Positions 47,030 to 57,527 of a stretch of 64,000 nucleotides of DNA are shown piece by piece. Origin of the DNA: a bacterium (GTDB lineage Bacteria; UBA8248). Within the stretch, counting starts at the first letter, position 1. Every line of letters starts with the position of its first letter. Location of the stretch: contig OZ253442.1 in the NCBI GenBank assembly GCA_965261085.1, forward strand, positions 3,776,001 to 3,840,000, in the 5' to 3' direction. A model generated the notes under the pieces. That model was given only the letters and a program-made list of their open reading frames with translations. It made no database searches and had not been told where the DNA came from. The position numbers were made by a program, and so were the translations under genes.

Positions 47030-48109
47030 TTAACTATCACTCACGATAACGACCGCCGATTTATCGATGGTCAACCGCACTTTGCTACCCAAGCCAAAGA
47101 ATTGATGCGGGTCGCCGATGACACGGAGCGGCTCTTCCAGACCCGGCACTTTCACAAGATAGTCCACCGTGCTGCCGAAATAATAGCCGCGCGTTACCTC
47201 GCCATCGAGTACGTTCTGGGCATCCGAGCCGCCCACGTCGGCATTCTCGGGATGCACCTGAATGCGGTGGGGCCGTATGGAGACGAGCTCTCCCGTTTTT
47301 CCGCCGTCGGTATTCATCATGAACTTGGCGCCGTCGCCAGCCTCAAAAAGATCCGGGGCACTTATTTTCCCTCGAATCGAGTTCGTCACGCCAACGAATT
47401 CGGCCACAAATTTCGTCGCCGGAATATCATATATATCCGATGGCTTGCCCACTTGTTCAATCTTTCCGCTGTTCATGACGCAAATTCTATCGCTAGTGAC
47501 CATAGCCTCGGCTTGGTCATGGGTCACATAAATACTCGTGATGTTGAATTCATCGTGCAGGCGTCTGATCTCGAAGCGCATCTCCTCGCGCAGGTTGGCA
47601 TCTAGGTTCGAGAGCGGCTCATCCAGCAACAATACGGCCGGCTCCACCACGAGGGCGCGGGCCAAGGCCACGCGTTGCTGTTGACCACCCGAGAGTTCTC
47701 CCGGATACCGTGCGCCCAGATGATCCATTTGTACGATAGAGAGAAGGCTTTTCACACGCTTATCCGCTTCAGCACCCGTAATACCGCGGAATTTCAATCC
47801 ATAGCTGACATTCTGGGCCACCGTCTTATGAGGCCAAATGGCGTAGCTCTGGAAAATCATGCTCATGTTGCGGCGCTCAGGCGGAATAACGCTACTGCCG
47901 CTCGAAACAACCTCTCCATCCATCACGATATCACCGCCGTCCGGCTCGATGAAACCCGCCACGAGCCGCAGCGTCGTTGTCTTGCCGCAACCCGATGGGC
48001 CCAAAAGAGAAATCAATTCCCCGTGTTCGATGTGCAGATCTATCTCATCCACCGCGCGAACATCCGTGCCAAAGATTTTCAAAAGCCCTCTTAAGTCTAA
48101 AACCGCCAA
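47030..48109 (-). CDS. ABC transporter ATPase (FbpC/PotA type)
   Basis: GPSGCGKTT, LSGGQQQR, LLLDEP, VTHDQ, TOBE-like tail. Confidence 0.93.
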   Translation of the reverse strand: MAVLDLRGLLKIFGTDVRAVDEIDLHIEHGELISLLGPSGCGKTTTLRLVAGFIEPDGGDIVMDGEVVSSGSSVIPPERRNMSMIFQSYAIWPHKTVAQNVSYGLKFRGITGAEADKRVKSLLSIVQMDHLGARYPGELSGGQQQRVALARALVVEPAVLLLDEPLSNLDANLREEMRFEIRRLHDEFNITSIYVTHDQAEAMVTSDRICVMNSGKIEQVGKPSDIYDIPATKFVAEFVGVTNSIRGKISAPDLFEAGDGAKFMMNTDGGKTGELVSIRPHRIQVHPENADVGGSDAQNVLDGEVTRGYYFGSTVDYLVKVPGLEEPLRVIGDPHQFFGLGSKVRLTIDKSAVVIVSDS

Positions 48110-48129
48110 CGCAAATCTCCCTTATTATT

Positions 48130-49875
48130 CTATCCGGCGGACCGCATGAAGTCCCTTCCCGCCAAGCGGAAGCCGAGCGCAATCGCCACCAAAGTAATAA
48201 GCAACAACAATATCCCGAGAGCCGATATGGGACCCAACAGCGTTTCTTCATAAAAATCGATGATGACCACCGAGATGACCTTCGTATTCGTGGTCCAAAG
48301 CAGAACCGAGGCGCTCAATTCCCTGAGCGAGGGCATGAACACCAATATCCACGACGCGATGATACCCGTCTTGAACAAGGGTATCGTCACGTCCTTGAAA
48401 ACCTGAAGCCGATTCGCACCCATGATGCGGCAACTCTCCTCGAGTTCAGGATGAATACTCGTGAGGGCCGCGTTAGACGTCTGATACGCCAAAGGCAGGT
48501 ATTTGGTGAGATAAGCCAGGAACATGATCCAGAGCGTTCCATACAGCACAAAGGGCTGTTTCGTATAGGCTGAGAACAGGCCAATCGCCAAGACGATGCC
48601 GGGAATCCCAATGGGCGCGGTCGCCATGAAACCCATGTATTGATGTCCCTTGATGAGCTTGCGCTGTGCGATATAAGCGGAAATCGCGGCCACGATCGTG
48701 GCGCCGGTCGCCGCCATGATGGCCAGGAGAACCGTATTGTAGATCGATACTCTCACCGCATCATTCGTCAAGATGAAATGATAATTCCATAGAGTGAAGT
48801 TCGCCCAATTCAATCCGCCGCCCAGGTTTTTCATGAATGACGTGGTCAACAAAGCCAACGCGGGCAGAACAATCGCGCAAACGAGAGGGAGCAGGGAGAG
48901 TAGAAACACCGGAATCCGCCAAGCCCCCAGTTTTTGGGGCCGCCTCTGCCCTCCCTTGCCGCCGACGGTGGCATAGCCCCGGCGGCCCAGGATCGTGCTT
49001 CGCGTCCAAACCATGCAGATCGCCAAAACGAGCATGGGCATCGCGTAGGCCGAGGCCAAGCCGAGCAAATCGTCTTCCGATACCATGAAAGCGCGAAGCT
49101 GGGTCGTCATCGTGTGCTGACCTGCCGGTATCGCCAATACAGCCGGGATGCCGAAAAGAATCATCGCCTCTAACGCCGCCAGGATGAAACCTGCAAACAG
49201 AGAGGGCGCCACCAGCGGTAAAGTAATATTGAACATGGTGTTGAACGTGCCGCCACCCGCTACATTGGCAGCGTCTTCTACGTCTGAGGAAATATTATTC
49301 AGGCCTGATAAAACGACGATGAAGACGAGAGGGAACGTGTAGAGCGACATGGCGAATACGACGCCCTTCATCGTGAAAATATCGAACAGATAAAACTCAT
49401 CACTCAAGAAAAATATCCCGCGAATCCATTTATTCAGCCACCCTTCGTTCCTTCCCGCCAGGAATATCCAGGCGATGGCGCCCAGGAAAGGAGGCGTCAC
49501 GAAAGAGGCCAAGATGCCGTTTCTGATTAAATTCGGGAAAGGGATATCCGTTCGGCTGACCACCCAAGCCATCACGGCTCCCACCACCAAAGATATGCTG
49601 CCCACGGTGACGGCAAGCATCAACGTGATGTACATCGGCTTGTAGTATTCCGAGGTCTCGAATGCGTCAATATAGTTCTTGAAGGTGAAGCCGCCGGCCT
49701 CATCTTCAGAAACGAAAAAACTTTCCTTGAAAAGCTGGAAGATGGGATTCGCCACCAGGATGATTAGCAGGATAAACAGCACTACCCAGACGATGACGGT
49801 ATAGTCGAATTTTCTGGTGGCTGAGGGTTCGCCTCCCGAGACCATTCCGGGAAGCTGTTGCGCATCTTGCGTCAT
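48130..49875 (-). CDS. ABC transporter permease (FbpB type, duplicated membrane domain)
   Basis: About 12 TM segments; two EAA-like loops (VEDAANVAGG, LEESCRIMGA). Confidence 0.9.
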   Translation of the reverse strand: MTQDAQQLPGMVSGGEPSATRKFDYTVIVWVVLFILLIILVANPIFQLFKESFFVSEDEAGGFTFKNYIDAFETSEYYKPMYITLMLAVTVGSISLVVGAVMAWVVSRTDIPFPNLIRNGILASFVTPPFLGAIAWIFLAGRNEGWLNKWIRGIFFLSDEFYLFDIFTMKGVVFAMSLYTFPLVFIVVLSGLNNISSDVEDAANVAGGGTFNTMFNITLPLVAPSLFAGFILAALEAMILFGIPAVLAIPAGQHTMTTQLRAFMVSEDDLLGLASAYAMPMLVLAICMVWTRSTILGRRGYATVGGKGGQRRPQKLGAWRIPVFLLSLLPLVCAIVLPALALLTTSFMKNLGGGLNWANFTLWNYHFILTNDAVRVSIYNTVLLAIMAATGATIVAAISAYIAQRKLIKGHQYMGFMATAPIGIPGIVLAIGLFSAYTKQPFVLYGTLWIMFLAYLTKYLPLAYQTSNAALTSIHPELEESCRIMGANRLQVFKDVTIPLFKTGIIASWILVFMPSLRELSASVLLWTTNTKVISVVIIDFYEETLLGPISALGILLLLITLVAIALGFRLAGRDFMRSAG

Positions 49876-49950
49876 ATCCGCATCTTTCCTTTTCGAAGTT
49901 ACACTTAAGCTGTTTTCGAAAAATTCAGTTGGTCAAAATAAAAATGAAGC

Positions 49951-49988
49951 GGGAGCGATTCCTCGATATTACGCAAGAAATCGCTCCC
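49951..49988 (-). terminator. Intergenic hairpin after the solute-binding protein gene
   Basis: GGGAGCGATT / AATCGCTCCC. Confidence 0.55.
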
Positions 49989-50001
49989 ACTCATATTTGA
50001 T

Positions 50002-51015
50002 TTACACGCCGAAGAGCTTCTTGAACTTTGCACGCGTCGGCTTGTTCTTCTTCTTCAGTTCCGCGCCGCTAATGGCCATCAGCTTGATGTCCTTGAGCGC
50101 CGGTAACGCTTTGGGGTACTTCACATCCGGATTACCCACGTAGAGGAAGTAGTCCGCCAGAAGCTGCATGGTCTCCTGGGTGAACAGGTAATCAGTGAAC
50201 ACGCGCGCGGCGTTGGGGCGCGGCGATTTCGTGAAGACGCCGTTCGGCGAAGTCACCAAAGCCAAACCCGCCGGGGGAACGATGGGTTTGAGCGGCTCGC
50301 CTTTCTGAATCAGCTTGAGCAGGGCATACGAGGTCGTACCCGCTCCCAGCCAAGCTTCCCCGCGCGCTACGAGAGGAATGCCGCCGACTGCGGACTGCAC
50401 GATTTTGGGCTTTTGCATGGCCATCTTTTCATAATAACCCCAGCCGAATTTGTTCACGATATTGATCATGCCGTTCGTGACGAACCCGCTGTAGCTGGGG
50501 TGTGAGTGAACGATTTTGCCCTTCCATTTGGGGTCGAGGAAATCTGCATATGTCTTGGGCGCATCTTTCGCGCTGATTTTCTTGGTGTTGTAGAAAGGCA
50601 TCAACACGCCCGCGCGGAGAATCGTCCAGTAATTATCCTTCGTCACGAACATCGCGTTGAAGTTGTCCGTTCCGGCCGGCTTGTAAGGCGTGATGATTTT
50701 TTTGGCTTTGAGGTTCAGAAAATGACCCAGGTTCGATGTGTGAACCACGTCGGCGATGTAAATTCCACCTTTGCGCTCTTGCAGATAACGACGATAGAGC
50801 TTGCCAGAGCCGTCGCGGTGGAGGACGCACTTAATACCTGTTTTTTTCTTGTTGTAGCGGTTGCAGATATCCTGCGCGATATTTATCGTGAGCGAAGAAT
50901 ACCAGACAATTTTCCCTTCTTTCTTGGCTGCGCGCATGGTCGCATCATCCGCGGCGAACACCGGCGCGCTCAACAAAGCCACCGCCATGAGACCAGTGAT
51001 GATTCCTTTCAGCAT
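50002..51015 (-). CDS. ABC solute-binding protein (Fe3+/AfuA-like family)
   Basis: Signal peptide; AAKKEGKIVWYSS, DFLDPKWKGK, PNAARVFTDY. Confidence 0.88.
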   Translation of the reverse strand: MLKGIITGLMAVALLSAPVFAADDATMRAAKKEGKIVWYSSLTINIAQDICNRYNKKKTGIKCVLHRDGSGKLYRRYLQERKGGIYIADVVHTSNLGHFLNLKAKKIITPYKPAGTDNFNAMFVTKDNYWTILRAGVLMPFYNTKKISAKDAPKTYADFLDPKWKGKIVHSHPSYSGFVTNGMINIVNKFGWGYYEKMAMQKPKIVQSAVGGIPLVARGEAWLGAGTTSYALLKLIQKGEPLKPIVPPAGLALVTSPNGVFTKSPRPNAARVFTDYLFTQETMQLLADYFLYVGNPDVKYPKALPALKDIKLMAISGAELKKKNKPTRAKFKKLFGV

Positions 51016-51219
51016 TTTCTCTCTCCTCTACTTGTAAAGTAACCGACAGGTCCGTGTGAAGAAGCTATAACTCCAGAGTTTATGGAGTATTCTGAGATTT
51101 TCTTTAAGCCACCATTCATCATGTTTTTCAGAAGTATGGAAATCATACCAAAACTTCCCGCATCGTCAAGCGGGCGGAATCATACAATGGAATCTCGCAT
51201 GCGGTGCGTACAGGGATAT

Positions 51220-52506
51220 TCATGGCCGTGAAGCCTCTGCTCCGCCCTCTTGCGGCTTTCCCCCGGGAATAAAGCGCCGGGCGACAAAAATAGTGACGAT
51301 TGCCCCGAATATCGCCGCAATTCCCGGACCTATGAACGCCCAATCCCAATTGAGCGGAAGTTCACCATTGCTCGAATCATTACTCATATCCAAAAATTTT
51401 CCCACTACCATGGGCGCGAGGGACCCTAGCAGAAAACCCAAACCCGATTGAATTCCCAACGCTGAACCGAGGTGGCGTCTGGGCGTGAGTTCCGTGGTCA
51501 ATACCACCAGCACGGGAGCATCCACGTGCATCACGATCACCCAGATCAGGCAAAGAATCTGCAGAATTGCGAAAGGCGTCCCGAAAGCGAACCCGACAGA
51601 AACCGAAATGAGGCCACTTAAAAAAAGGCTCGCGATAATCGTGGGCGGGCGGCCAATGCGATCGGCAAACCAGCCGCCGATGAGCTTCGACACCGCGCTG
51701 AGCCCAATGATAAGGGCGGCGGATGAGGATGCAACACGCAGGGCGCTCTCGCGCGTCTCCGTTCCCGCCATCACCAAAGAGGCCGCCAAAAAGGTGACTA
51801 TCCAGCCTCTGAATGCGAACACCTCCCACCTGTGCGCACCCACAACACCCATCAGCATCCACACGGGAGCTGGCAGCCTGGGGAATTCAAACCCGGAATC
51901 TCCCTCCCCCCTCGGCGAGGGCAAGGAGGGCAGAAGAAACATCATGGCTAAAAATCCAACGGCGGGTCCCAGAGACGTCAACGCGAACGCCGTGCGCCAG
52001 TCGAAATTCGCAATGAGTACGCCCGTCACATAAATCGAAGCGGCGACGCCCACGGTATAAAAAAACGTATACACTCCCACCATGCGAGCACGCCCCCCCT
52101 GCGGGGCATACTCCGCCACCAGCCTCAACGCGGGCGCATACGTGCCAGCCAGCCCAACTCCCGTGAGACCCCGAAAAAGCGACGCGCTGATAAAACCATC
52201 GGCGAAGAGCGGGAACATGAAATTCAAGAGCGCCAGCCAAAGGCTTGAAGCCAAGTATATTTTTTTTGCGCTCATGTAATCCGTTGCGGTCGCCAGCACG
52301 GCCGAGGCGAGAATGTAGCCTACGTAAAACGCCGTATAAATCGTGCCTGCCTGCACGTTCGTAAGGTTCCACTCCGCCTTGAACAACGGGAGCGCCGCCA
52401 CATAATTCGCATAGACGAGCATCATCGGCACCTGGGCCGCGCAAATCGCCCAAAGCCAATGGGTTGATGGTGGATTTCGCTTTTGCATAAAACCCCTCTC
52501 GTCCAA
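51220..52506 (-). CDS. MFS transporter
   Basis: About 12 TM segments; GWFADRIGR motif. Confidence 0.88.
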   Translation of the reverse strand: MDERGFMQKRNPPSTHWLWAICAAQVPMMLVYANYVAALPLFKAEWNLTNVQAGTIYTAFYVGYILASAVLATATDYMSAKKIYLASSLWLALLNFMFPLFADGFISASLFRGLTGVGLAGTYAPALRLVAEYAPQGGRARMVGVYTFFYTVGVAASIYVTGVLIANFDWRTAFALTSLGPAVGFLAMMFLLPSLPSPRGEGDSGFEFPRLPAPVWMLMGVVGAHRWEVFAFRGWIVTFLAASLVMAGTETRESALRVASSSAALIIGLSAVSKLIGGWFADRIGRPPTIIASLFLSGLISVSVGFAFGTPFAILQILCLIWVIVMHVDAPVLVVLTTELTPRRHLGSALGIQSGLGFLLGSLAPMVVGKFLDMSNDSSNGELPLNWDWAFIGPGIAAIFGAIVTIFVARRFIPGGKPQEGGAEASRP

Positions 52507-52633
52507 GATGAGGAGAGGATAAAGGATTCGATATCCTCTGGCGATGGAGCGGGTATTTTGTTGCCTTGCTATCCTGAAGCGAGCATCCTGTTATATGCTC
52601 CTTTGTCTGAACCAAATTTCCCGGAGCCAACAA

Positions 52634-53512
52634 ATGTCTACCCCCATCATTGATTTCAGAGTCTCATGTCCCATTCCCGAGGGTCTGGACAGATATTTGA
52701 AACCGACAGGCCGCTTTGCCGACTACGCCAAACATTATGGAGAAAGGGTGTATGGCAACGAGGAAGAGCACGGCTATATGAAGCCGAAGGAGTTTGTTGC
52801 CTTTTTGGACGAACAAGGGTTGGACAAGGCCCTGATCAAGACTTCCGACATGACGACAATCTCAGGCACGAAATTTCCCGCCGACGTTTTGCACGACTAC
52901 ATCAAGGATTACCCGGATCGCCTGATCGGAACGGCCGGGTGCGACCCTTTCCGCGGCATGGACGCGCTGCGCGATTTGGAGCGCGACGTCAAAGAATATG
53001 GCCTCCGGGGCGTGAACATGGGGCCATGGGAGCTTGGACTTCATGCGAACGACAAGAAATTTTACCCCATTTACGCCAAATGCGTGGAGTTGGACATCCC
53101 TGTTCTGCTCCACACGTCCATGAACCTCTCAAGCTCGAATCTGCTTGATTTCGGGCGTCCAATCTATCTGGATGAGGTGGCGAGGGATTTTCCCGAACTT
53201 CGTATCGTGGCAGTGCACGGGGGTTGGCCATGGATCTCGGAAATGATCGCGGTAAGTTGGAGACACCCCAACCTATATATCGAAATCAGCGGCACGATGC
53301 CCAAATACATCGCCACACCCGATACCGGCTGGGAACCCCTCATTCGTTACGGAAGCTCGGTGCTCAAAAATAAAATTCTCTGGGCCTCGAACTGGCCAAT
53401 GGTCAGCCCAAAGGAAAGTTTGGCTGAATTCGATAAATTCCCGCTGAAAGACGACGTGAAACAACTCTGGTTCGGAGGAAACGCTCTTAAGGTTTTGGGG
53501 CTGGAAGAATAA
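52634..53512 (+). CDS. Amidohydrolase_2 family protein
   Basis: IIDFR, FYPIYAKCVELDIPVLLH, VHGGWPW, ILWASNWP. Confidence 0.88.
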   Translation: MSTPIIDFRVSCPIPEGLDRYLKPTGRFADYAKHYGERVYGNEEEHGYMKPKEFVAFLDEQGLDKALIKTSDMTTISGTKFPADVLHDYIKDYPDRLIGTAGCDPFRGMDALRDLERDVKEYGLRGVNMGPWELGLHANDKKFYPIYAKCVELDIPVLLHTSMNLSSSNLLDFGRPIYLDEVARDFPELRIVAVHGGWPWISEMIAVSWRHPNLYIEISGTMPKYIATPDTGWEPLIRYGSSVLKNKILWASNWPMVSPKESLAEFDKFPLKDDVKQLWFGGNALKVLGLEE

Positions 53513-53527
53513 ACATCCGAAGACAGA

Positions 53528-53558
53528 AAAAGCGGGAGCTTTCGCCACTCCCGCTTTT
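53528..53558. terminator. Bidirectional intrinsic terminator
   Basis: AAAAGCGGGAG / CTCCCGCTTTT between convergent genes. Confidence 0.82.
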
Positions 53559-53573
53559 GCATTCTGATTGCTT

Positions 53574-54467
53574 TTACGACGCCACTACCACTTCTTCGAT
53601 TAAGCCATACTCTTTCGCGAAGGCTCCCAACTTGCTCATGTTGGCATCAGATGGCGCACAGAGCGGCAGCCTGTATTCCAGCGCAATGCGCCCCATGATT
53701 GCCAAGGTCGCTTTCGCCGGAATCGGATTCGTTTCGCAGAACATCATATGGTTCAGTTCCCACATCTTGTAATGCAACTCTTTCGCCTTGGCGTAATCTC
53801 CATCGAGCTGGGCCTGACACATCCGGGCCACGTCTGCGGGCGCCACGTTCGCCGTCACCGAAATCGTGCCCACGCCACCCATCGCCATCATGGGCAACGT
53901 GACGAAGTCATCCCCTGAAAGCACGATAAAATCATCCGGCACACGAGAAATGATATCGCAGCAATTCGCCAAATTCCCGGTCGCCTCCTTGATACCCACG
54001 ATGTTGGGAATCTCCGAGAGGCGCGCCACCGTGTCGGGCGCTATCTGCACAACCGTGCGGCCTGGCACATTGTAGAGAACGATTGGGATATCCGCTGATT
54101 CAGCTATTGCACAAAAATGTTGGTAAAGCCCTTCTTGCGTAGGCTTGTTGTAGTAAGGCGCCACAAGGAGCGCGCCGTCCGCACCGGCCCTCATGGCGAA
54201 TTGAGTACGCTCAACGGCTTCTGCGGTGCTGTTCGAACCGGAGCCGGCAATGACCGGTATCCTCCCGTTAACCTGCTCGATCACCAACTCTACGACCCGG
54301 TCGTGCTCTTCATGGGTCAACGTGGCGGATTCTCCCGTGGTTCCACACGCCACAATCCCATGCGTTCCATTTTCAACATGAAATTCCACCAGAGAGCGAA
54401 TGCCCTCTTCGTCGAGTTTTCCGTCGCGGAATGGAGTAACCATCGCGACATAAGAACCCTTGAACAT
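53574..54467 (-). CDS. dapA: 4-hydroxy-tetrahydrodipicolinate synthase
   Basis: CGTTGESATL, PYYNKPTQEG, LYNVPGRT, GIKEA, ETNPIP. Confidence 0.96.
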   Translation of the reverse strand: MFKGSYVAMVTPFRDGKLDEEGIRSLVEFHVENGTHGIVACGTTGESATLTHEEHDRVVELVIEQVNGRIPVIAGSGSNSTAEAVERTQFAMRAGADGALLVAPYYNKPTQEGLYQHFCAIAESADIPIVLYNVPGRTVVQIAPDTVARLSEIPNIVGIKEATGNLANCCDIISRVPDDFIVLSGDDFVTLPMMAMGGVGTISVTANVAPADVARMCQAQLDGDYAKAKELHYKMWELNHMMFCETNPIPAKATLAIMGRIALEYRLPLCAPSDANMSKLGAFAKEYGLIEEVVVAS

Positions 54468-54838
54468 GAGAAGACCTCCTTCTCCCTCCGCCAATCGCGG
54501 CAACAAAGAATGTCAAACCCTATTTTCACATAGGGCAAACTGGATGTGCGTTGCTATACTTAATTCGAGCATCACATTACTCTTTGATAATCTAAACTCT
54601 ATCAAAACAGCTTACCAGGCGCAAGAAATGGAATTTAAGGGTATGATGCGGGCTGAATCCTCACCATCATAAGTAGAAGTACAATCATCTAGTGGGACTT
54701 CCACGGTGCCCCATAATATTTCGACTTTGACAAACACGTGGAAAAAGTTTTATTTTGACCAAAGTTCAAAGGTTGCAATTCTTATCCATAGAACTTTTTC
54801 AGAACCCGCCCGAATCGCCCGGAATTTAAGGGAAACGC

Positions 54839-56023
54839 ATGTCATTCGTTCTGGGGCACCGCCGGCGATTCCGTCTGACCATCATCACATTCGCATTGTT
54901 CTTGTTCACATGTTCTCTTTCTCTCGGTGTAGATTCAGCTTCCGCGCGCCGAAAGCGCTCCCGTAAAGCGGTCATCCCCTATCGTTCCATTCTATTGCTC
55001 GAAGCGAATACGGGCCGTGTCCTGAAAGCAAAGAACGAGCGGCTTGCCACAAAACCCGCCTCCATCGTGAAAATGATGACCGCTCTAATCGCCATGGAAC
55101 AAATTAAAAGAAATATCATCCATCTCGATGAGATCATCACCGTCAGCAGGAGCGCCTCGCGAATCGGAGGCCAGCAAGTGTATCTGGCGCACGGGGAAAA
55201 ATTTTCCCTGAGAAATTTAATGAAATCCATCATCATCAGTTCCGCGAACGATTCATCCTACGCCGTGGCGGAACACATTGCCGGCGACGCTGAAGCCTTC
55301 GTCGGAATGATGAACCAGCGCGCCAAAGAGCTCGGCATGACGAACACCCATTTCGTCAACGTCAACGGGCTTCCCCCAGGCAGAAAGAAACCGACCAATC
55401 GAATGAGTGCGCGCGATGCCGGCATTCTCGCTCGCGAGTTGATAAAATATCCACTCATCATGAAGTGGAGCGCCACCAAGAATGCTCCTTTCCGGAACGG
55501 GAGCTTCACCCTGACCAACACGAACAATCTCTTGGGGCGCTTTCGGGGTATGGATGGGCTCAAAACAGGCTATCACCGAAAAGCGGGATTCAGCATCGTC
55601 GCCACGGCCAAACGCAAGAATTTACGACTCATCGCCGTCGTGATGGGCTCGAGCCACTCCAGACACCGGTTCAAAGAGGCAAAACGTTTGCTCGCCTGGG
55701 GATTCATCCAATACCGTTGGGTCAATTTGGGTAGAAGCAAAAAACCGAAACGCGAGCAAATCAAGGTGTTGAAGGGCCAGAAGCGAACGGTGCGCATCCG
55801 GCTTAAGGGAAGCGTCGAGGCATTGGTGAGAAGGGGTGAGGAAAAACGCATATCCATGAAACTGGAACTGCCTGAAGCGGTACCCGCCCCCATCCGCACC
55901 GGCCAAAAGGTGGGCCGAGTCACATATGAACTGGGAGGCAACAAACTTGGCGGGGCCGACCTTGTGGCCTCTGAATCGGTAAAGAAACTAGGCTTTTTCC
56001 AATCTTTGATACAGTTCCGCTAA
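54839..56023 (+). CDS. D-alanyl-D-alanine carboxypeptidase (PBP5/6, peptidase S11)
   Basis: PASIVK (SxxK), SAN, GLKTG. Confidence 0.92.
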   Translation: MSFVLGHRRRFRLTIITFALFLFTCSLSLGVDSASARRKRSRKAVIPYRSILLLEANTGRVLKAKNERLATKPASIVKMMTALIAMEQIKRNIIHLDEIITVSRSASRIGGQQVYLAHGEKFSLRNLMKSIIISSANDSSYAVAEHIAGDAEAFVGMMNQRAKELGMTNTHFVNVNGLPPGRKKPTNRMSARDAGILARELIKYPLIMKWSATKNAPFRNGSFTLTNTNNLLGRFRGMDGLKTGYHRKAGFSIVATAKRKNLRLIAVVMGSSHSRHRFKEAKRLLAWGFIQYRWVNLGRSKKPKREQIKVLKGQKRTVRIRLKGSVEALVRRGEEKRISMKLELPEAVPAPIRTGQKVGRVTYELGGNKLGGADLVASESVKKLGFFQSLIQFR

Positions 56024-56041
56024 CACACTGCGCAAACGAAC

Positions 56042-57331
56042 CTACCCGGGATGAATCTCTTTCATCCTACCCATAAAAGGCAGGGCGATTGCCATAAACA
56101 TGAGCATTACCACCTCGGAATCGCCAAAGTTGTATTCAAACATCCCCGCACTTAAGAAACCCGCGGCCACCGCCAAACCTCCTACCATTCGAAATCGTGT
56201 TCCGAAAGGCGCATCTCTCGTATCCAGAATTCGCTGAATTACCAAGACGAAATATCCGAGCCAGGCCCAAATCCAAGCGCCCAGAGCAAAAATTCCTCGC
56301 TCAGCAGCCAAATGAACGATATTGTTGTGCAAATGGGCCAGAGATTTTTGGGTCGCTTTGGGGTTCACATAGTGAGCATAATTGTCTTTGATTTCCCCGG
56401 GTCCAAAACCCAGAATACTTTTATCCATGAACATTTTGATGCCGCTTTTCCACATATAAATACGCTCCACGGCCGTTTCGTCCTGAAGATTCACGATGCT
56501 CTTCACGCGCTGGCTTATGGAATGAGGAGCCATGAATATCGCCAATACCATCACCAGGGCCAAACATAAACCGGCCTTTCTACTTTTACTCGCTACGGCG
56601 ACGACCACCATCCCCACGGCGAGGCCAACCCAGGCATTACGACTCAAAGTGGTCAGCAATGCAGAGATAATCAACAAGACCGACGCATAGACCCACATAC
56701 TGTTCCGTTCCCGAGGCGGCACAAAAATATATGAAAGCGCTAGGGTGCCGACTACAAGTAAAAAACCTCCGAATGTCATGTATATGCTGAAAAAGCCCGA
56801 CATCCGATTCTCCAGAGATAAGGCTCCTTCCAGCGAAACACCCAAGGCATATAAGGCGGCAACGCTCGTGACCACAACGAGTGCTTTCACCAGCCAAAGC
56901 GCTTCCCAGTCATCATCGATAACGTTGATGGCCAAATAAAAAATCATGATTTGCGTCAATTCTCTCGCCTCGAGCAAGCTCTTGATCGAATCGGGAGCAT
57001 GGAAGGAACTGGCGAGAGTCAATATCGCGAAAAGGAGCCAAGGCCTCCACAACGGAAATTTTTGAGTCAGCAGGGGAGCCGCCTTGGCCATAGAAGTCAG
57101 CCACGCCACCATGGCGGTGAACACACAAATTTGAGCGAGCGATATCGACAACGGGGCACTGACGGCAAACCCCAATAGACCACCGAACGCCACCCGAGAA
57201 AGAGGTGAACGCTTCCGAAAGCGCTCCCCCAGTTCTATTAAGGAGCCTTTTAATTCATGCATAAAGTTGCTCTCTCGCATCAGAACCAAAAGTAGTTGGT
57301 CGCTTTTTCCGAGCAACGTTTTTGCGAACAA
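56042..57331 (-). CDS. O-antigen ligase family protein (start uncertain)
   Basis: Polytopic membrane protein; TLSRNAW, ERIYMW, GFGPG, HLHNN. Confidence 0.85.
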   Translation of the reverse strand: MFAKTLLGKSDQLLLVLMRESNFMHELKGSLIELGERFRKRSPLSRVAFGGLLGFAVSAPLSISLAQICVFTAMVAWLTSMAKAAPLLTQKFPLWRPWLLFAILTLASSFHAPDSIKSLLEARELTQIMIFYLAINVIDDDWEALWLVKALVVVTSVAALYALGVSLEGALSLENRMSGFFSIYMTFGGFLLVVGTLALSYIFVPPRERNSMWVYASVLLIISALLTTLSRNAWVGLAVGMVVVAVASKSRKAGLCLALVMVLAIFMAPHSISQRVKSIVNLQDETAVERIYMWKSGIKMFMDKSILGFGPGEIKDNYAHYVNPKATQKSLAHLHNNIVHLAAERGIFALGAWIWAWLGYFVLVIQRILDTRDAPFGTRFRMVGGLAVAAGFLSAGMFEYNFGDSEVVMLMFMAIALPFMGRMKEIHPG

Positions 57332-57527
57332 TCGTTTAGAGAAGTACTACACCCCGGGCCCACAACAGTCCAATTCTCGGAATAATATATGGAACCAAAG
57401 CGAGAAAACAGAAACTCAGACTTACCGGCGAATGACAGGTGCCACGATAGAGCCTCTCATCCCAAAAATCAGTTTGGAACGTGAGACTATCTTTCATCCA
57501 TTTGCATTGTCCATTTAACAAACAATA